Shown: piece by piece, positions 9,560-22,100 of the stretch | Layout of the letters: every line of letters begins with the position of its first letter | Numbering within the stretch: position 1 is the stretch's first letter | NCBI RefSeq assembly: GCF_964204645.1 | Contig: NC_134026.1 | Coordinates: forward strand, 2,999,950-3,063,949 | Length of the DNA: 64,000 nt | Origin: Tubulanus polymorphus | Lineage: Eukaryota; Animalia; Nemertea | Direction of reading: 5' to 3' | Made by a program: the position numbers and the translations under genes | Notes under the pieces: model-generated | The model's input: the letters and a program-made list of their open reading frames with translations, nothing else | Told to the model about the DNA's origin: nothing | Database searches by the model: none

Positions 9560-11822
9560 CTGGGAAGTAGAGAATAGCCACACTCAAATTTGGAGAATAA
9601 ATTATGTATGAAAACCCACATTCTGCAAAAATTCTTTACGGAGGACATGACGTTTCATACACTATGTAGAGTCCGAAATGTTGTCCTGCAGTTTTTAATT
9701 GAATACAAAGTTTTGCTTATCAAATAACTGGTAAATATAGGGTAGAAAACAGCAAGATATTCTTATGGGGGGGGGCTGGCCAGTGAAATGAGTAATCGAT
9801 TTGATGACGAATGTTGAAGTATGAACATTCCCAGGTCACGACACAAATCCACGAACGACGACAAATTATTTCAATATATTGCAATGGAATATACTTTATT
9901 CCGATTTTAAAGTTTATATTCTGAACAAATAGTAAAACTGGGATGATCATCAAACAAAACTATTATTTATCAACATACCACGACGTTTCTTATAACGCAA
10001 AACTTCACATAATATTCAAATCAATTAAATTGTTTTGACACTAAAGCAGATGAAAGTTTCACATACTCTGTATAAGACAAATGTCATTATTTTGTGATGA
10101 TAAATTCTGTACGGAGCACCTAAATCAATCTGGCCGGTTTACATTCATAAATTGCCGATTCCACAGACAACATGCAGCACACGGTACATCTCGAAGATTA
10201 GAAATTCCACTATTACATGCAATTATTTGAAACCGATCTATGAAAAATACACGTTCGGGTCATTTTCCAAATAATGTCAGAAACTTAAGCAGTTACGCAT
10301 TAAAATGTGTCGATGGTCGAGTTAGGCACGTTTTCATGGTTTCAAAAATGAACCCACATACAGCAAATTGTTTCAGTCAAAGTCCGTTACGTATTTACCA
10401 TCATTTTCAATGCCACAGTTTGCTCAATCCAACCTTATCAATTCGATAAAAATACCAATCTTTAAAACGCCACACTCGTGGCATTATAAAGGATATTTAC
10501 TGTTTTCAAAATACATGTATGTATGATGTATCAATGACTGGAAGACTGGTCCCCTAACAATCTGGCATCTGGAGAAGGCTAGCATTGCAACACGTCTCAA
10601 TGCAATGAACTTTTCAGTATTAGACTTTGATCAGTAGAGAAATCAACAATCGCATAATCTAGACAATGTATCACGACAACAAGCACTGAGGTAAATCAAA
10701 TATTCTATCTTTTGATTTTGATTGAACAGAAATTAGTAAAACAAAGTAGGAAATACAACTGTTATATGATTATTGTAACAGCTCTTACTTTTTAAGTGTG
10801 AGCGTTGATCACAGAAAAATTGCGCTGGACCTGCCAGAAACGAATCTCCAATTAATTTCTGCATAAAAAGCATTTCAATTCGAAGATTCTGCACATCATA
10901 GAATCTGGGGTTAGAATAGTGTTGTATATCATTGGCCATAATTGAAGGTTATTTGACAGTGGAACCTTGTAACAAGGAATTTCAGTGGACCAAAAAGTCT
11001 CATTTTACTCGTACAATATCAATGTAACTGAAAATTGTTCATATCCAGTATGAAATTTCTCATTCTTTTGTTACATGTCGGGGCTCGTTTATCGTCACAG
11101 TGAGATGCACTTATGTAACGAGGGAAGAGCAGCAAATAACTCATTTCAAATACACCCTATGGATATGTCTGTTTTTTGGCCGTGTGCATATAATTTTGTG
11201 GGACATCGATATAGCCTACAGGTACTGCATTGAACGAATCTAAATCATCATAATCTATACTAAACCAAAAAAAAAAACACGTACTTCATAGTACTAAGTT
11301 ACATTACAACTGTTTTCAGATTGAGTATAAAGCACCGAGGGAACACTCTTCGCACATGTCATTCATCTATGTACACCAACCCCTTTCCCCAATGCCGCAG
11401 CTTCTTGCAATAGATGCGCACGCTTAAGTAGACATTACAATAGAAATACTTACAATCTCTCCAACACTTTCCATTTAACTATAGTTATAGTAATTCACCC
11501 TCCTCCAATAAGAATTGTCACTCTTTAAAAATTGCATATAATAGCCCAAAATATTACCATTTGTTACATAGAACCAAAGAATCACTCTCAGGATGCAGTT
11601 CCCAGTGATTTCGAAATAGGATCAAAATTATAGGGAATGAACTGAAAGCAGCTAGCAAGGTCAGATCGAACTCATAACTGCGGAACAGGGTCCCGGGTAA
11701 AATGACCGTAGTTTTGCGTGTTAATAAGTTGAGATGATACAGTTTCTGCGTAGGAAGGATACATAAAAAATTCCGCAAAGCGTCCAGAAAATAAGACGAA
11801 AAATTCTAGTATTGAATGTATT

Positions 11823-11923
11823 GAGCAACGTTTCAATTACATTTTATTAGCATACTTAAATTACATACCGGTACATGTAGTATGCCTGATGATGGCTACA
11901 AGAATGTAGCTGAAATGTTGCTC
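11823..11923 (+). other. Imperfect inverted repeat containing a minimal hammerhead-ribozyme-like core (Penelope-like remnant)
   Basis: CTGATGA (11886-11892), stem GCTACA-AGAA-TGTAGC, GAAA (11912-11915), then TGTT. Segment 11823-11843 is the near reverse complement of 11903-11923. Confidence 0.45.
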
Positions 11924-12195
11924 CCCTCAATACAATGTATAAACTTTCATCTTTTTCAGGATTTATTGTGGGGTTTTTTACGTATTTGCTTGTTGACCCT
12001 CTTAAGGGTTTCGGTTCAAACTTTTGACTTTAACACTGACCAAATTTTCATGTACGCTAGGCAGAAATCCACCGTTAAAATTCACCAAGAAGAACAGCTC
12101 AGGTTGCAGTTGCACTATCTTGTTGAAAATATTGAAATTCTACAATGCGTTAACCAAGTTATTACTTTTTCGTAATACACGCATAATTCAAACAT

Positions 12196-12196
12196 T

Positions 12197-12230
<34 letters not shown>
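12196..12230. repeat. (ATC)n microsatellite
   Basis: About 11 tandem ATC units. Confidence 0.9.
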
Positions 12231-12508
12231 CTCTTGAAAGCTTTCGTCACGCGCGTATCGAACTGAACTTGTAAAAATAAAATCTAAAAATAACTTCAAA
12301 ACGTAAATACTTTCGCCATACAGGAAAAATCATCACATACATGTATATGAATGATAATATGAGAAGAATAATCAGGATATTCTACTAAATGCCAGAACTA
12401 TCTTCAACCATAATCGTCAACATTATGTTAATAATATACACGATATATCTAGATATATCAATATCATATTCATCGATACGATTGTATTATATTTAATAAA
12501 GACCGCTT

Positions 12509-15500
12509 TCATTTTGTTTTCTGCCACGGTTTACGATCGAGACCTTTATGACTGGGTATATGTTTCCAATGACACTTTTCGCCGTACGTACAGCCGGTCG
12601 TCCTCCAGAAGTAACATTCATTACCGTTCACCGGACCGCTCTGTTTTTGAATATTCGGATCTGTATCGCTGAAAAAACGAGTAGTCGAATAGAAGACATC
12701 CTTCGAAATTGGTATCGTTATAAAATGTTATTCATTCCGATATGTTTTCGAGGCACAGCAGCATTCATACGTTTTTAGTATATCAATGAGTGAGAAAAGT
12801 TGCAAAGCTTTTGGTAATACAGTAAAACCCGCGGCTTAATCACCTAGGAACATTGAAATTCATCAAGTTTATGAGAACATTTTGCAGGAAGACCAATTAT
12901 CAGAGGGGTGTATTGGGTATGTGAAAATGACAGGGTGGAGCTGCCCCATTGGAAGACTTTGCTGAGAACACCGACAGAATCATTCATTCAAGGCAAAGGC
13001 CATTTATAAAGTATGTATGCATCTTTGGGAAGTGAGTAAAAAATTGACCACTTCTCTCTTTGTATGAGTAATGCTTAAAATTGCACACATGTGCAAGGAC
13101 CGGGTTAAAAATCAGCAAAATATTGTTTACCTACTTTATCAACGGCCCCTTCAGAAAGTAAAACAAATAATTACTTTGATATATTTTCTTTTTGTAGACG
13201 TTTAGGAGTATTAGGAGCACCAGATTTTTTAATGACGACACTTCCCGTTCCTGCTTGCGCCGCCGCTGTCCGCTCGATCGGGTTATCAGGAAATTTTATC
13301 AGTAAACGCTGACCTCCGCATTCAACACTCTACGCATAGAAAACAAGAACTGCGTATCAAAAGTACGTAAATCAATGAAATCGATGATGGTTTTAAGATT
13401 CAGAAGCGAAAACGTTTCCTTCAATTTCTAAAATGTACCTGTAATAAATGCATTGCGCGACCAGCCGATTCTTTTGTTTTAAAATTCACGAAAGCACAAT
13501 ATTTTTCTGGTAGACATCGAACACTGGTAACAGAACCATATCTACGAAATAAACAAAGAAACTATCATCATTTAGAGGCTCTTCTCAAAATTTCTCAAAA
13601 CTGATTCTGTCAAATGATAGTGATCTTACCTGGAAAACATTTGAGTTAGTTTCTTTTCAGTGACTTCAGGTAAGACATTGCCGACCCATAATGCCGTGAG
13701 ACCTTCGGGATTTGTTGGACTGAAGCGAAAATGAAATGAATAATTGTATTCAAACATATTTCATCAAAGGAGTAGCTTAAACCCTGCGGAGCACAGTGCT
13801 TGGGTATTAACTTACTCCATTTTAGTTTCTGGAGGGCTTGAAGAATTTATGATTGAACTAGAAGGATTTGTATTGACTTCTATAAATTCATCATCTTCAG
13901 ATACTGTTGAATAATCATTATTCAAAGAATTTTCAGCTGAAACAAATAAATGTGAATCCCATCGATTAAGTATGACTAGTTGATTACATTGAATTGGTAG
14001 TGTCTCAAGAGATGCAAATGACTCACCAACTCCAGCTAGTAATGAATCTAAAGCACCTTGCACCGTTCCATACTGACGTATTGCAGCTTCTGCTTGCTGT
14101 TGCGAAAAACCCATTTCCTATAGAAGCAAATCAAGGTTTCTTTTCTAAATTCTGATGAAAATATTCATTACAGTAAACTAAGCTTTTTACTGCAGTTTCT
14201 CTATTAACGTCCAGGGTGCAGCTCCACAGTTACGAGTAAAGATTTGACTCGGGAGTTAACTCATCGAAAATGAACTGATTTTAACTCAGAGTTTACTCTA
14301 ACTCACAACTGAAAAACTGGATCCCGGAAATCATGCACATTTCAATTTGAAACTTACAGTTATTTGAGCCGTACGAACTCGTATCAATTCCTGTTGAGCG
14401 TCTTCACAATTTCTATCTAATTTTAACACCTGCATAAAAGCTTGTTCAGCATCAGCGCTTAACTGAAAAATCAACCACATACAGAAGATTGAATAAAGTC
14501 TTATTCCACAGTTACTATTAATCCTGTTAAACACCAAGATAATTAATTAAGCCCACAAACTATTGCAAGAGTTTTAAGAGGTGGTTTTTAACATTGTTGA
14601 CAAAGACACTTAAGATTCTATTCCTTCTTAATAAATTCCTTCTTCTGTAAAAACTTCCAAGGTATGGCTATATTGTAAGACTTACTTTTAAACCAGCTAA
14701 CGCCCGACCTTTTCTAAAATATCCTTTTGGCCAGTCAGGAGCTAAACTTATAGCTTTATCTGCATCACGTAATGCTCTACAAAATAAATATTCAAAATTC
14801 CAGTGAAATACACCCCAATCGCAGCAAACTCGGAGAACTCAAGTATTAAGTACCAGTAAAATAAGTAATCCTTGAGATAATCATTAAACTGAAGATCCTT
14901 ATGAATCAAACTTACTTTTCATATAATGTTATTCTATCGTAACAATAAGACCTGTTACCGAAGAATCGAAAATCCTTCGGATCAAGTTTTATAGCTTCGG
15001 TAAATAGATCAACAGCAGCAGCGTAATGACCTGTATTAGCCAATTCATTACCACGAACTGAAATATTCATTGAAATCTTATTAAAATATAATCAACATCA
15101 TTTATACATTAATCGTATTCGGTCTTCGGTTTGTTTGAGATGTACGGATTATTCAGTTAAGATTCAAAACCATTCGATCGCCAAAAACTGGTGAAAACAT
15201 ACAGAACAAAGCTTTACTGAGTCTTTGGAGACTGATAAATTCATCCACAGAAGGGAGCAAGAAATAGTGAGGCCACGAGATCCAGAATCCAGGTAACCTG
15301 AGATCCATGACTGTTTCGAAGCAAACGCTTTAAGCTAAGCTCAGGTCAACTTACGACCCGATCATCTTGTCAAAAATTTCTGCGCAGCAAGAATTTTACA
15401 GACTTGGTCAAGTAATCAGTTGTAACATACGTACTGGCTAACTGTCGACTACGCAAGACAATTGGATCTAGATCTTCAGCTGAAACTTCATCACCGGCTT

Positions 15501-18107
15501 TGGATTGAACATTCACAGCAGTATGAGCAGTTTTATTCTTCGCGCTGCCGACGCCTTTTATACCACCGCTAACGTTCGAGTCCTGAACGAGGCCTTTCTT
15601 CTTTTTATTGCGTACTTTCGTGAAAAACGCCGCGTTCGTATCCAACTCCTAGAAATCAAAGCAGCAATCCAGTATCGATTTGAGTAAACAATATCTTATA
15701 CTGGCCGGCTACGAACACATGGATTATAGGATTATTATTTACCTCTTCATCTGTAGCACTTTTATCTTTAGACCTGAAAAAGGACACGAGATTTCATCAC
15801 TTTCTGCGAAAAACACAAATTCTAATAGGCCTACAACAGCAACATCAAGATAGTACTCACTTCTTTTCAGCCTTTTTATTATTACTGGTCGGTGATCTTT
15901 CCGTTGCATTACTAGATGTTTCAGTTTTTTTACCATTTACTTGTTTTTTCTGTTCAGTTTGTTGTTTATCTAATTTTTTCTTTTCTCGCTGGCGCTGTTT
16001 GAAAATTACAAATCTTTTATTAGGTAATTTTGCCCCGATCAAAAATCATTTAAGATTTTCGTTCATACCTTTTTCTTAGCTCTCCTTTTCTCGGCCTTTC
16101 GTTTCTCCTTCTCTTCTTCAGCGACTAATTCATCAGCGTTCTTTTTTATCTCCTGGAAAGATGGGGCAGAAAATTACTGTAATAGGCCTATCAGTGCTGT
16201 ACGCGGGAGGTAGGGGTAAATCAATGTAATATCAGGGTTGTATAGCGCGAGGCAGGAAGGCCTTTTTGCAAATATTGTTATATCCAATCAAACTGCCGTT
16301 TTTTCGGGTTTCTCAAGCCCCCCCCCAAATTAAAATTCTAGGTATGGCCTTGAATATATTTCAAATCAACATTCTTCAATATTTCTATTCACCTCAGGAG
16401 TAAGTTTCTTCCTCGCTGGTTGAGTGGTAGGAGTATCTAAACAAATAAAGAAAGACTATTAATATCCCTTATAATACAATGACAATGAGTAGAGCTTTAT
16501 TCTCATTGAACTGGTTCGACGCAGCAATCCACCGTCCATAGCATACTTTTGCGATCGGCAGTTTTGTTTGGAAACTTTCCGGTCAGAAAACTAAGATAAT
16601 CAACTTCATCATCGTCGTCGTCATCTTCATCATAATCATCATCATCGTCGTAATCATCATCACTACTACTGTATCCATTAAATGCATTCGCTGAAAATAA
16701 ACGGGAAACATCCGATTCAAATTCCTTTTTTAAGAAATAAATTTCAAATTTGTAAACATGCATAATTTCTTACCCATGGCTTTTGCGAAGAAAATTTGTT
16801 GAAACAGTTCGAACATATCATCCTGAAAACAATAACAACGAAACAATTGTGAACTCTGTCTTTCGTGAAAAGGTTTTCCACAGACAGTGTGTTTGAACCG
16901 AGTAGGAATATAAAGTTACCATCGTCATAATGATATCTTCAGCTTCATCTTCTTCATCATCTTGTAATCGTTTATACGCGGCACTAATCTGCTGGAATCT
17001 CTACAATCATTCAATACGTCATCAGTAATTACCAGTTCTACGACAATTAACGCTCAACTTTCAACTCTCGACGTAAATTCAGTTTAGTGTAATGAAAATT
17101 AATAACCAACAGCAAGTAAACCAAATTTCTGGCTACTTTTCTGTGAAACTGTTCTTCGCGTTAATCCCCGAAATATGAGTTAAACTGTTTTTGGTCAATC
17201 TTTTTAATGAATAAAGAACTAATAAGAAGTCTGTTAAGTAGCAGTGATATTCATATATTTTACCTGTGTTGCTTCTGCTTTATCCTTATGTTTATCTGGA
17301 TGCCATTTCAGAGCTAATTTTTTATAATTAGAACGAATATTTTCAGAATTGGCCCCTAAAAGGAAAAATAATTTCTAACGTCATGTTTCGCAGTTGAATT
17401 ACTCTTATCAACTTTCATTTTCGCTTTCAATGGTAAGAAAAACCTTTTCAAGATGATTATGCAATGTAAATTATTTGATGACTATTTGAATAAAGTCGAA
17501 AGTTTGGATTTCATTGTAGAATATTTTAGCTTAAGAAAACTTTTTAGACTGATTTTCCTTTTTTATTGTGGGATTTTTATATTGACAGCGTAGTATTTCA
17601 CCAAGGTTATCATGTAACATTATATTCCCTATGGCTATATGGCTATATGATGGTAGTTCTGATAATTCGAGCAAGTTTATTAACCTCAACTGGCTAAACA
17701 TTTTCAGTTCCAGCAGAATCTACTAAAATACGTAACACGATTATGTCAATAAATGGAGCAATAAAAACTTACGTAAAGTAAAATGTCAAATAATGAATAG
17801 CCAGCAGGAAAGGAAATTGTCTTTTTCTATCCCTTTCATGTTCTATGTTCATAAGCAAACACTAATTAAGTGAATTTCTAAAATTGTCCAATAGTCTGGT
17901 ACATCCGTCACAATCAAATAGATGTATTATGCGACAGCAAGGATATGGTTTCTTTTTCTACAGCAGAGATACTGTCCTGCGTCCAGAGAAGAGTCAATCA
18001 ATCTCTTTACAAAATCTAATCACTTGCTTCAGATAACAAGTATGCGTCTTACACTTACCAAATGGCAATTCTAAAATATGGTAGGCTTCTTCAGTTGTCA
18101 GTCTCAT
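12509..18107 (-). CDS. Multi-exon DnaJ-TPR-UBA-RRM-CCCH protein (TTC31-like)
   Basis: ATG 18107 (MRLTTEEAYHILELP). J-domain LKWHPDKH near 17290, acidic tract, then TPRs (RGNELAN..FTEAIKLDP..GNRSYCY; PDWPKGYFRKGRAL). UBA-like MGFSQQQAEAAIRQYG, RRM (LWVGNV; CAFVNF) and a last exon with CYFWRTTGCTYGEKCHWKH ending at TGA 12509-12511. Confidence 0.85.
12996..13149. mobile_element. Degenerate intronic MITE with GGGGCC-type TIRs
   Basis: Left end AAGGCCATTTATAAAGTATGTA resembles the reverse complement of the right end, GGGGCCGTTGATAAAGTAGGTA. Confidence 0.5.
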
Positions 18108-18223
18108 TATTTACGGTATGTATAAATGTGTCATACAATCAAAAACGAATGTACATGCTGTTCAAACGTCTACATTCACACTGAAGATTTCTCGGTTCAC
18201 TGGCAGTCGCCATTTACGAAATG

Positions 18224-18262
18224 GGTCACGTGACACGAATCAGTGCGATGGGTTCGAATCCC
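18224..18262. promoter_or_regulatory. GTCACGTGAC palindromic E-box plus orphan B-box upstream of the DnaJ-TPR gene
   Basis: GTCACGTGAC at 18224-18233 (USF/MiT-TFE type) and GGTTCGAATCCC at 18251-18262, 120-155 bp upstream of ATG 18107. Confidence 0.5.
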
Positions 18263-18550
18263 GCGATTAGTTTGCCTAAAACTTGTCAAATAATTTGATT
18301 AAAGTAGATTTTTGTAACTCTGCAACTGGAAATAATCCAACTGTTCTAAAATGACGAATAATTGTTCTTCATTAAAACAGCAAAGATGGCTGATCCAAAG
18401 GAAGGCAACATACATACACAAACAACTACTAGGTCTAGAGAACTCCATTCAATTGATAAAGTTTTATTTATTTCATTAACGTAATTCAAACAAAATAATT
18501 TATTCACAAAAAAAAATAAAAGTTTAACAGCCCGATTATTATTGTATCAT

Positions 18551-18847
18551 TCAGCTCGGTTTTATAGTGTTATTACTGGAAGCCGGGTTTAATCCAATAA
18601 GACTATCGATGGTTGGATAGCGCCAGTTATCCTCAGCAACATCTTTTAATTTCTCTTTTATATGCTTCAGTCTCTGTTTGTGCAAGTCTTTTTGTAAAGA
18701 GTATAAACTGGCTTCGGTGTCGTGGTCGATCATTAATATATTCATCATATTTTCCGATACGCCAACTTGGTCATCATCAGCAACAGCGTGCGGGGACTGA
18801 AATAAAGCCTTTCTAATGTCGACTGGTGGAGGTGATGGTGATGTCAT
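18551..18847 (-). CDS. ANAPC16: Anaphase-promoting complex subunit 16
   Basis: 98-aa single coding exon with RKALF near the N-terminus and the C-terminal motif (V)AEDNWRYPTIDSLIG, resembling APC16 EADEWRFKPIEQLLG. Confidence 0.75.
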   Translation of the reverse strand: MTSPSPPPVDIRKALFQSPHAVADDDQVGVSENMMNILMIDHDTEASLYSLQKDLHKQRLKHIKEKLKDVAEDNWRYPTIDSLIGLNPASSNNTIKPS

Positions 18848-19191
18848 TGTCTTCGATCTTAAGAAGTATTTTCACTGAAATTACATATATGCTAAATATA
18901 TCATTTACATTAAGAGGCACAAATGTAGATAACCAAATTAAAGTCCTGATCCTATTTTTATCTATTCTCACTAACAATTTACACATTTCAGCCTGAATAT
19001 TCGAAAAAATTTCGATAATTTGTATAACGAATATGAAACATTCTACTAATTACACATACATCCACAATTATAATAATTTTACATCGATTTACCTACAAAT
19101 TAACCTCTGAAATCAAATTTTAGGAGGACTGACGATGTACAGGGATTTCGGATCGAACGCGATCGAAGGCGGTCAAAGCTATTATGCGAAT

Positions 19192-22100
19192 ATGGACTCG
19201 TTTGTGGGTCTGGATCGATTTCCGGGTTTAATGGTTTTTCGTTTTTTCGCCCTTTTTCTCATAAATTCATCGACCCAGTAGGTACTGATAATGAGATTAA
19301 TCGAATGAATTAAACCATAGACATGCCAGGTTCGTAAATACGTATTTTCGATGAAATTCCTAATCTTTAAATGTGATATTTTCAATGTCTTGATTGATAG
19401 ACTTCAATTTAATTACCTTGACTGCCTCCTTTTTTAATCTAGTCTGTGTTTTTACTGTCCAGTGGTCGGTATCGACACGGATGATGCTTTGATGATATTT
19501 TATCTTTGATTACAGCTTGTTACGGTTGCTGTGTGGCTTGTAAGCCGAGGTACAAGGTGCTCGTTGATAATATCTTCCCGGTCAATCCACAGGTCAGGGA
19601 ATAAATGTCACTTATTTCATAAAATGATGTTACTTATCTTGAGAATGATAGTACAGATTGTATATTTATATCATGTTTTTCTAGGATGGTTTGGTCAAAA
19701 ATAACATGGAAAAGTTGACATTCTATGCCTTATCATCACCAGAGAAATTGGACCGGATTGGAGATTATCTAGCGAAACGCTTGAGTCATGATGTACATAG
19801 ACACAAAATACCGTTAGTATCTAAATACATGGCTAGAGAAAAAAGTTTAAAATTTTTGGCATAAAACTACCTAAGATTACCAAACTGTTTCATATTTAAA
19901 GGTTTGTTTTCATCGCAATGGAAGCTTTAGATCAGTTACTAGTCGCGTGTCACGCACAAACTCTCAACTTGTTCGTCGAAAGTTTTCTGCGTATGGTACA
20001 AAAACTATTAGAATGCGATGAGCCCGATCTCCAATGTATGGCTACATCTTCAGTAAGTCTGTGTTAATTTTTGGTACTATATTTACTTGTATTAACATTG
20101 TTGAAAAAATCTATCACTAGAAAAATTCATTTTTTAGGCTGTGAATCCTTTTTTTTTTTTTATATGTTTTAGTTCGTAAAATTTTCCAATATCGAAGAAG
20201 ACACGCCTTCTTATCATCGACGTTACGATTTTTTCGTATCGAAATTTAGTTCCATGTGTCATTCAAACCTCGACAATGAGGACGATCGTACCAGGTAAAA
20301 ATAGGGAAATGAATTCATTCATTCCCTCAGCGAGATTATGTACTGATTATTCCGTTATTTTGTACGTATTTAGAATACGAGTTGCTGGATTACGAGGACT
20401 TCAAGGTGTCGTACGAAAAACTGTCTCCGATGATCTTCAGGTTAATATTTGGGAACATATGGATAAGATAGTTCCTTCGTTGCTCTACAACATTCAAAGG
20501 TATGCAATTCATATGCGGTTCACGATAATAAGTGTGGAAAGATTCAATTAACCGGTAGTTGAATAATTTTTGTAAATATTTCAGTCATAGTCGCGAAGTT
20601 GAAAGTCCAGGAGGAGAGGAACATCCTTCGGTAGTTGCTGAAACTTGTGTCAGAGATCTCATTTGTCGCGCGTCTTTTGGAAATATTAACTCAATTTTAC
20701 AACCCGCTCTCAAGTAACTATCAACGATCTTGAGCACATTGATTTAATAATAATTTCTTCAATGAATTGTACTGAAATTGATGATTTCATATTATTTTCA
20801 GTCACCTCGACAATCATGGTTTATGGGTTCCTAACGAGTTTGCTGTGAAATGCTTTAAAATGGTTATGTATTCTGTACAGGTATGTTTGTGGTGGCTGAG
20901 CATAGAATAAATCCCCTGTTCAAAAATAGAAAATAAAGACATCAATAATGTATTTGTACTTATTTGACTTAGGCTCAGTTTGGATATCTTGTGGTGCAAA
21001 TACTGATGAGTCATTTAGATGACCACAGTCACAGTGAAGCGAAGGTCAAGGCCAGTATTGTAGACGTGTTAGGAGAAACTGTGCTAATTGCTGCTGGTGG
21101 ATCTATCGGTTCGTATCCTTAAAAGCAATAAACAGTTCCAACTCTAATGAATTGATGAATTTAACATATTTTGCTGCGTTCATTTAGGCCCATCAGTTTT
21201 AGAAGTATTCAACACATTGTTGCGACATTTAAAGAATTCAGTCAATTCCATGACAATAAATGAACAGTCATTGAATGAAGAAAAACGATTTCAAGAATCG
21301 ATCATCAATACAATCGGTAAAATCCTCAAATATCTCGTTAGCCTCAACTCGTTATACATGTATATTCATACCTAACTTCCTGTTTATAGGTGAATTCGCA
21401 AATCACTTGCCCGACTATCAGAAGATAGAAATTCTAATGTTTGTGATGGGAAAAGTTCCGATGCCATCTGATGATGACAATCTATCCGATTCATCGGATG
21501 TCCTTTTACAAACTATGCTACTGAAGACTTTACTGAAGGTAACTTAAATTACAAAGCTCATGATCGTGCATATCTGCATAATTCTTCCGCCTAGAAATGC
21601 TGATCTAATTACTATGAAAATCAAGAATCAGATTGCTGATAAAAAGTGATCCTTCTTTCTTAAGGTTGCGACCAAATACAAAACAGTGGTTTACTCGAAT
21701 GCTTTTCCGCCGGCGTTTCTAGAACCTCTTTTAAGAATAGCTACAGTTAATGATAGCGGTATACGACTGATCGTGCAAAAGATTTTACACACATTACTCG
21801 ATAGACATGATAATTCTGTGGAAATACAACACGTTCGGTAAGCCACATTCTCCATTAAACAATAGAAAGGCAACTGAATTGCTTAATCTAAAGTCTTTCT
21901 CATCATAAATGAATTACGGTATGTTTCAGCATTCCGAAAGATATAGCGCAATTGGACCTGACAGTAGAGTTGCCTCCCAGACAGGATATTATGTTTCTGA
22001 AAAAGGTTAGTTCATAAACAACTTTTGCATGTATCTGAATTCATCGAATGAGAAAAATTAGAAGCTGATTAAATGCGCGTGTGATGTCTAAATTTACAGC

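Noticed and set aside
16233-16352. Possible MITE in a DnaJ-TPR gene intron
   Set aside because: The terminal inverted match is too degenerate and there is no TSD.
21113-21120. U12-type donor GTATCCTT in EFR3
   Set aside because: The conserved reading SIG|PSVLEVFN requires the GT four bases upstream (GTTCGT), so the motif is intronic and coincidental.
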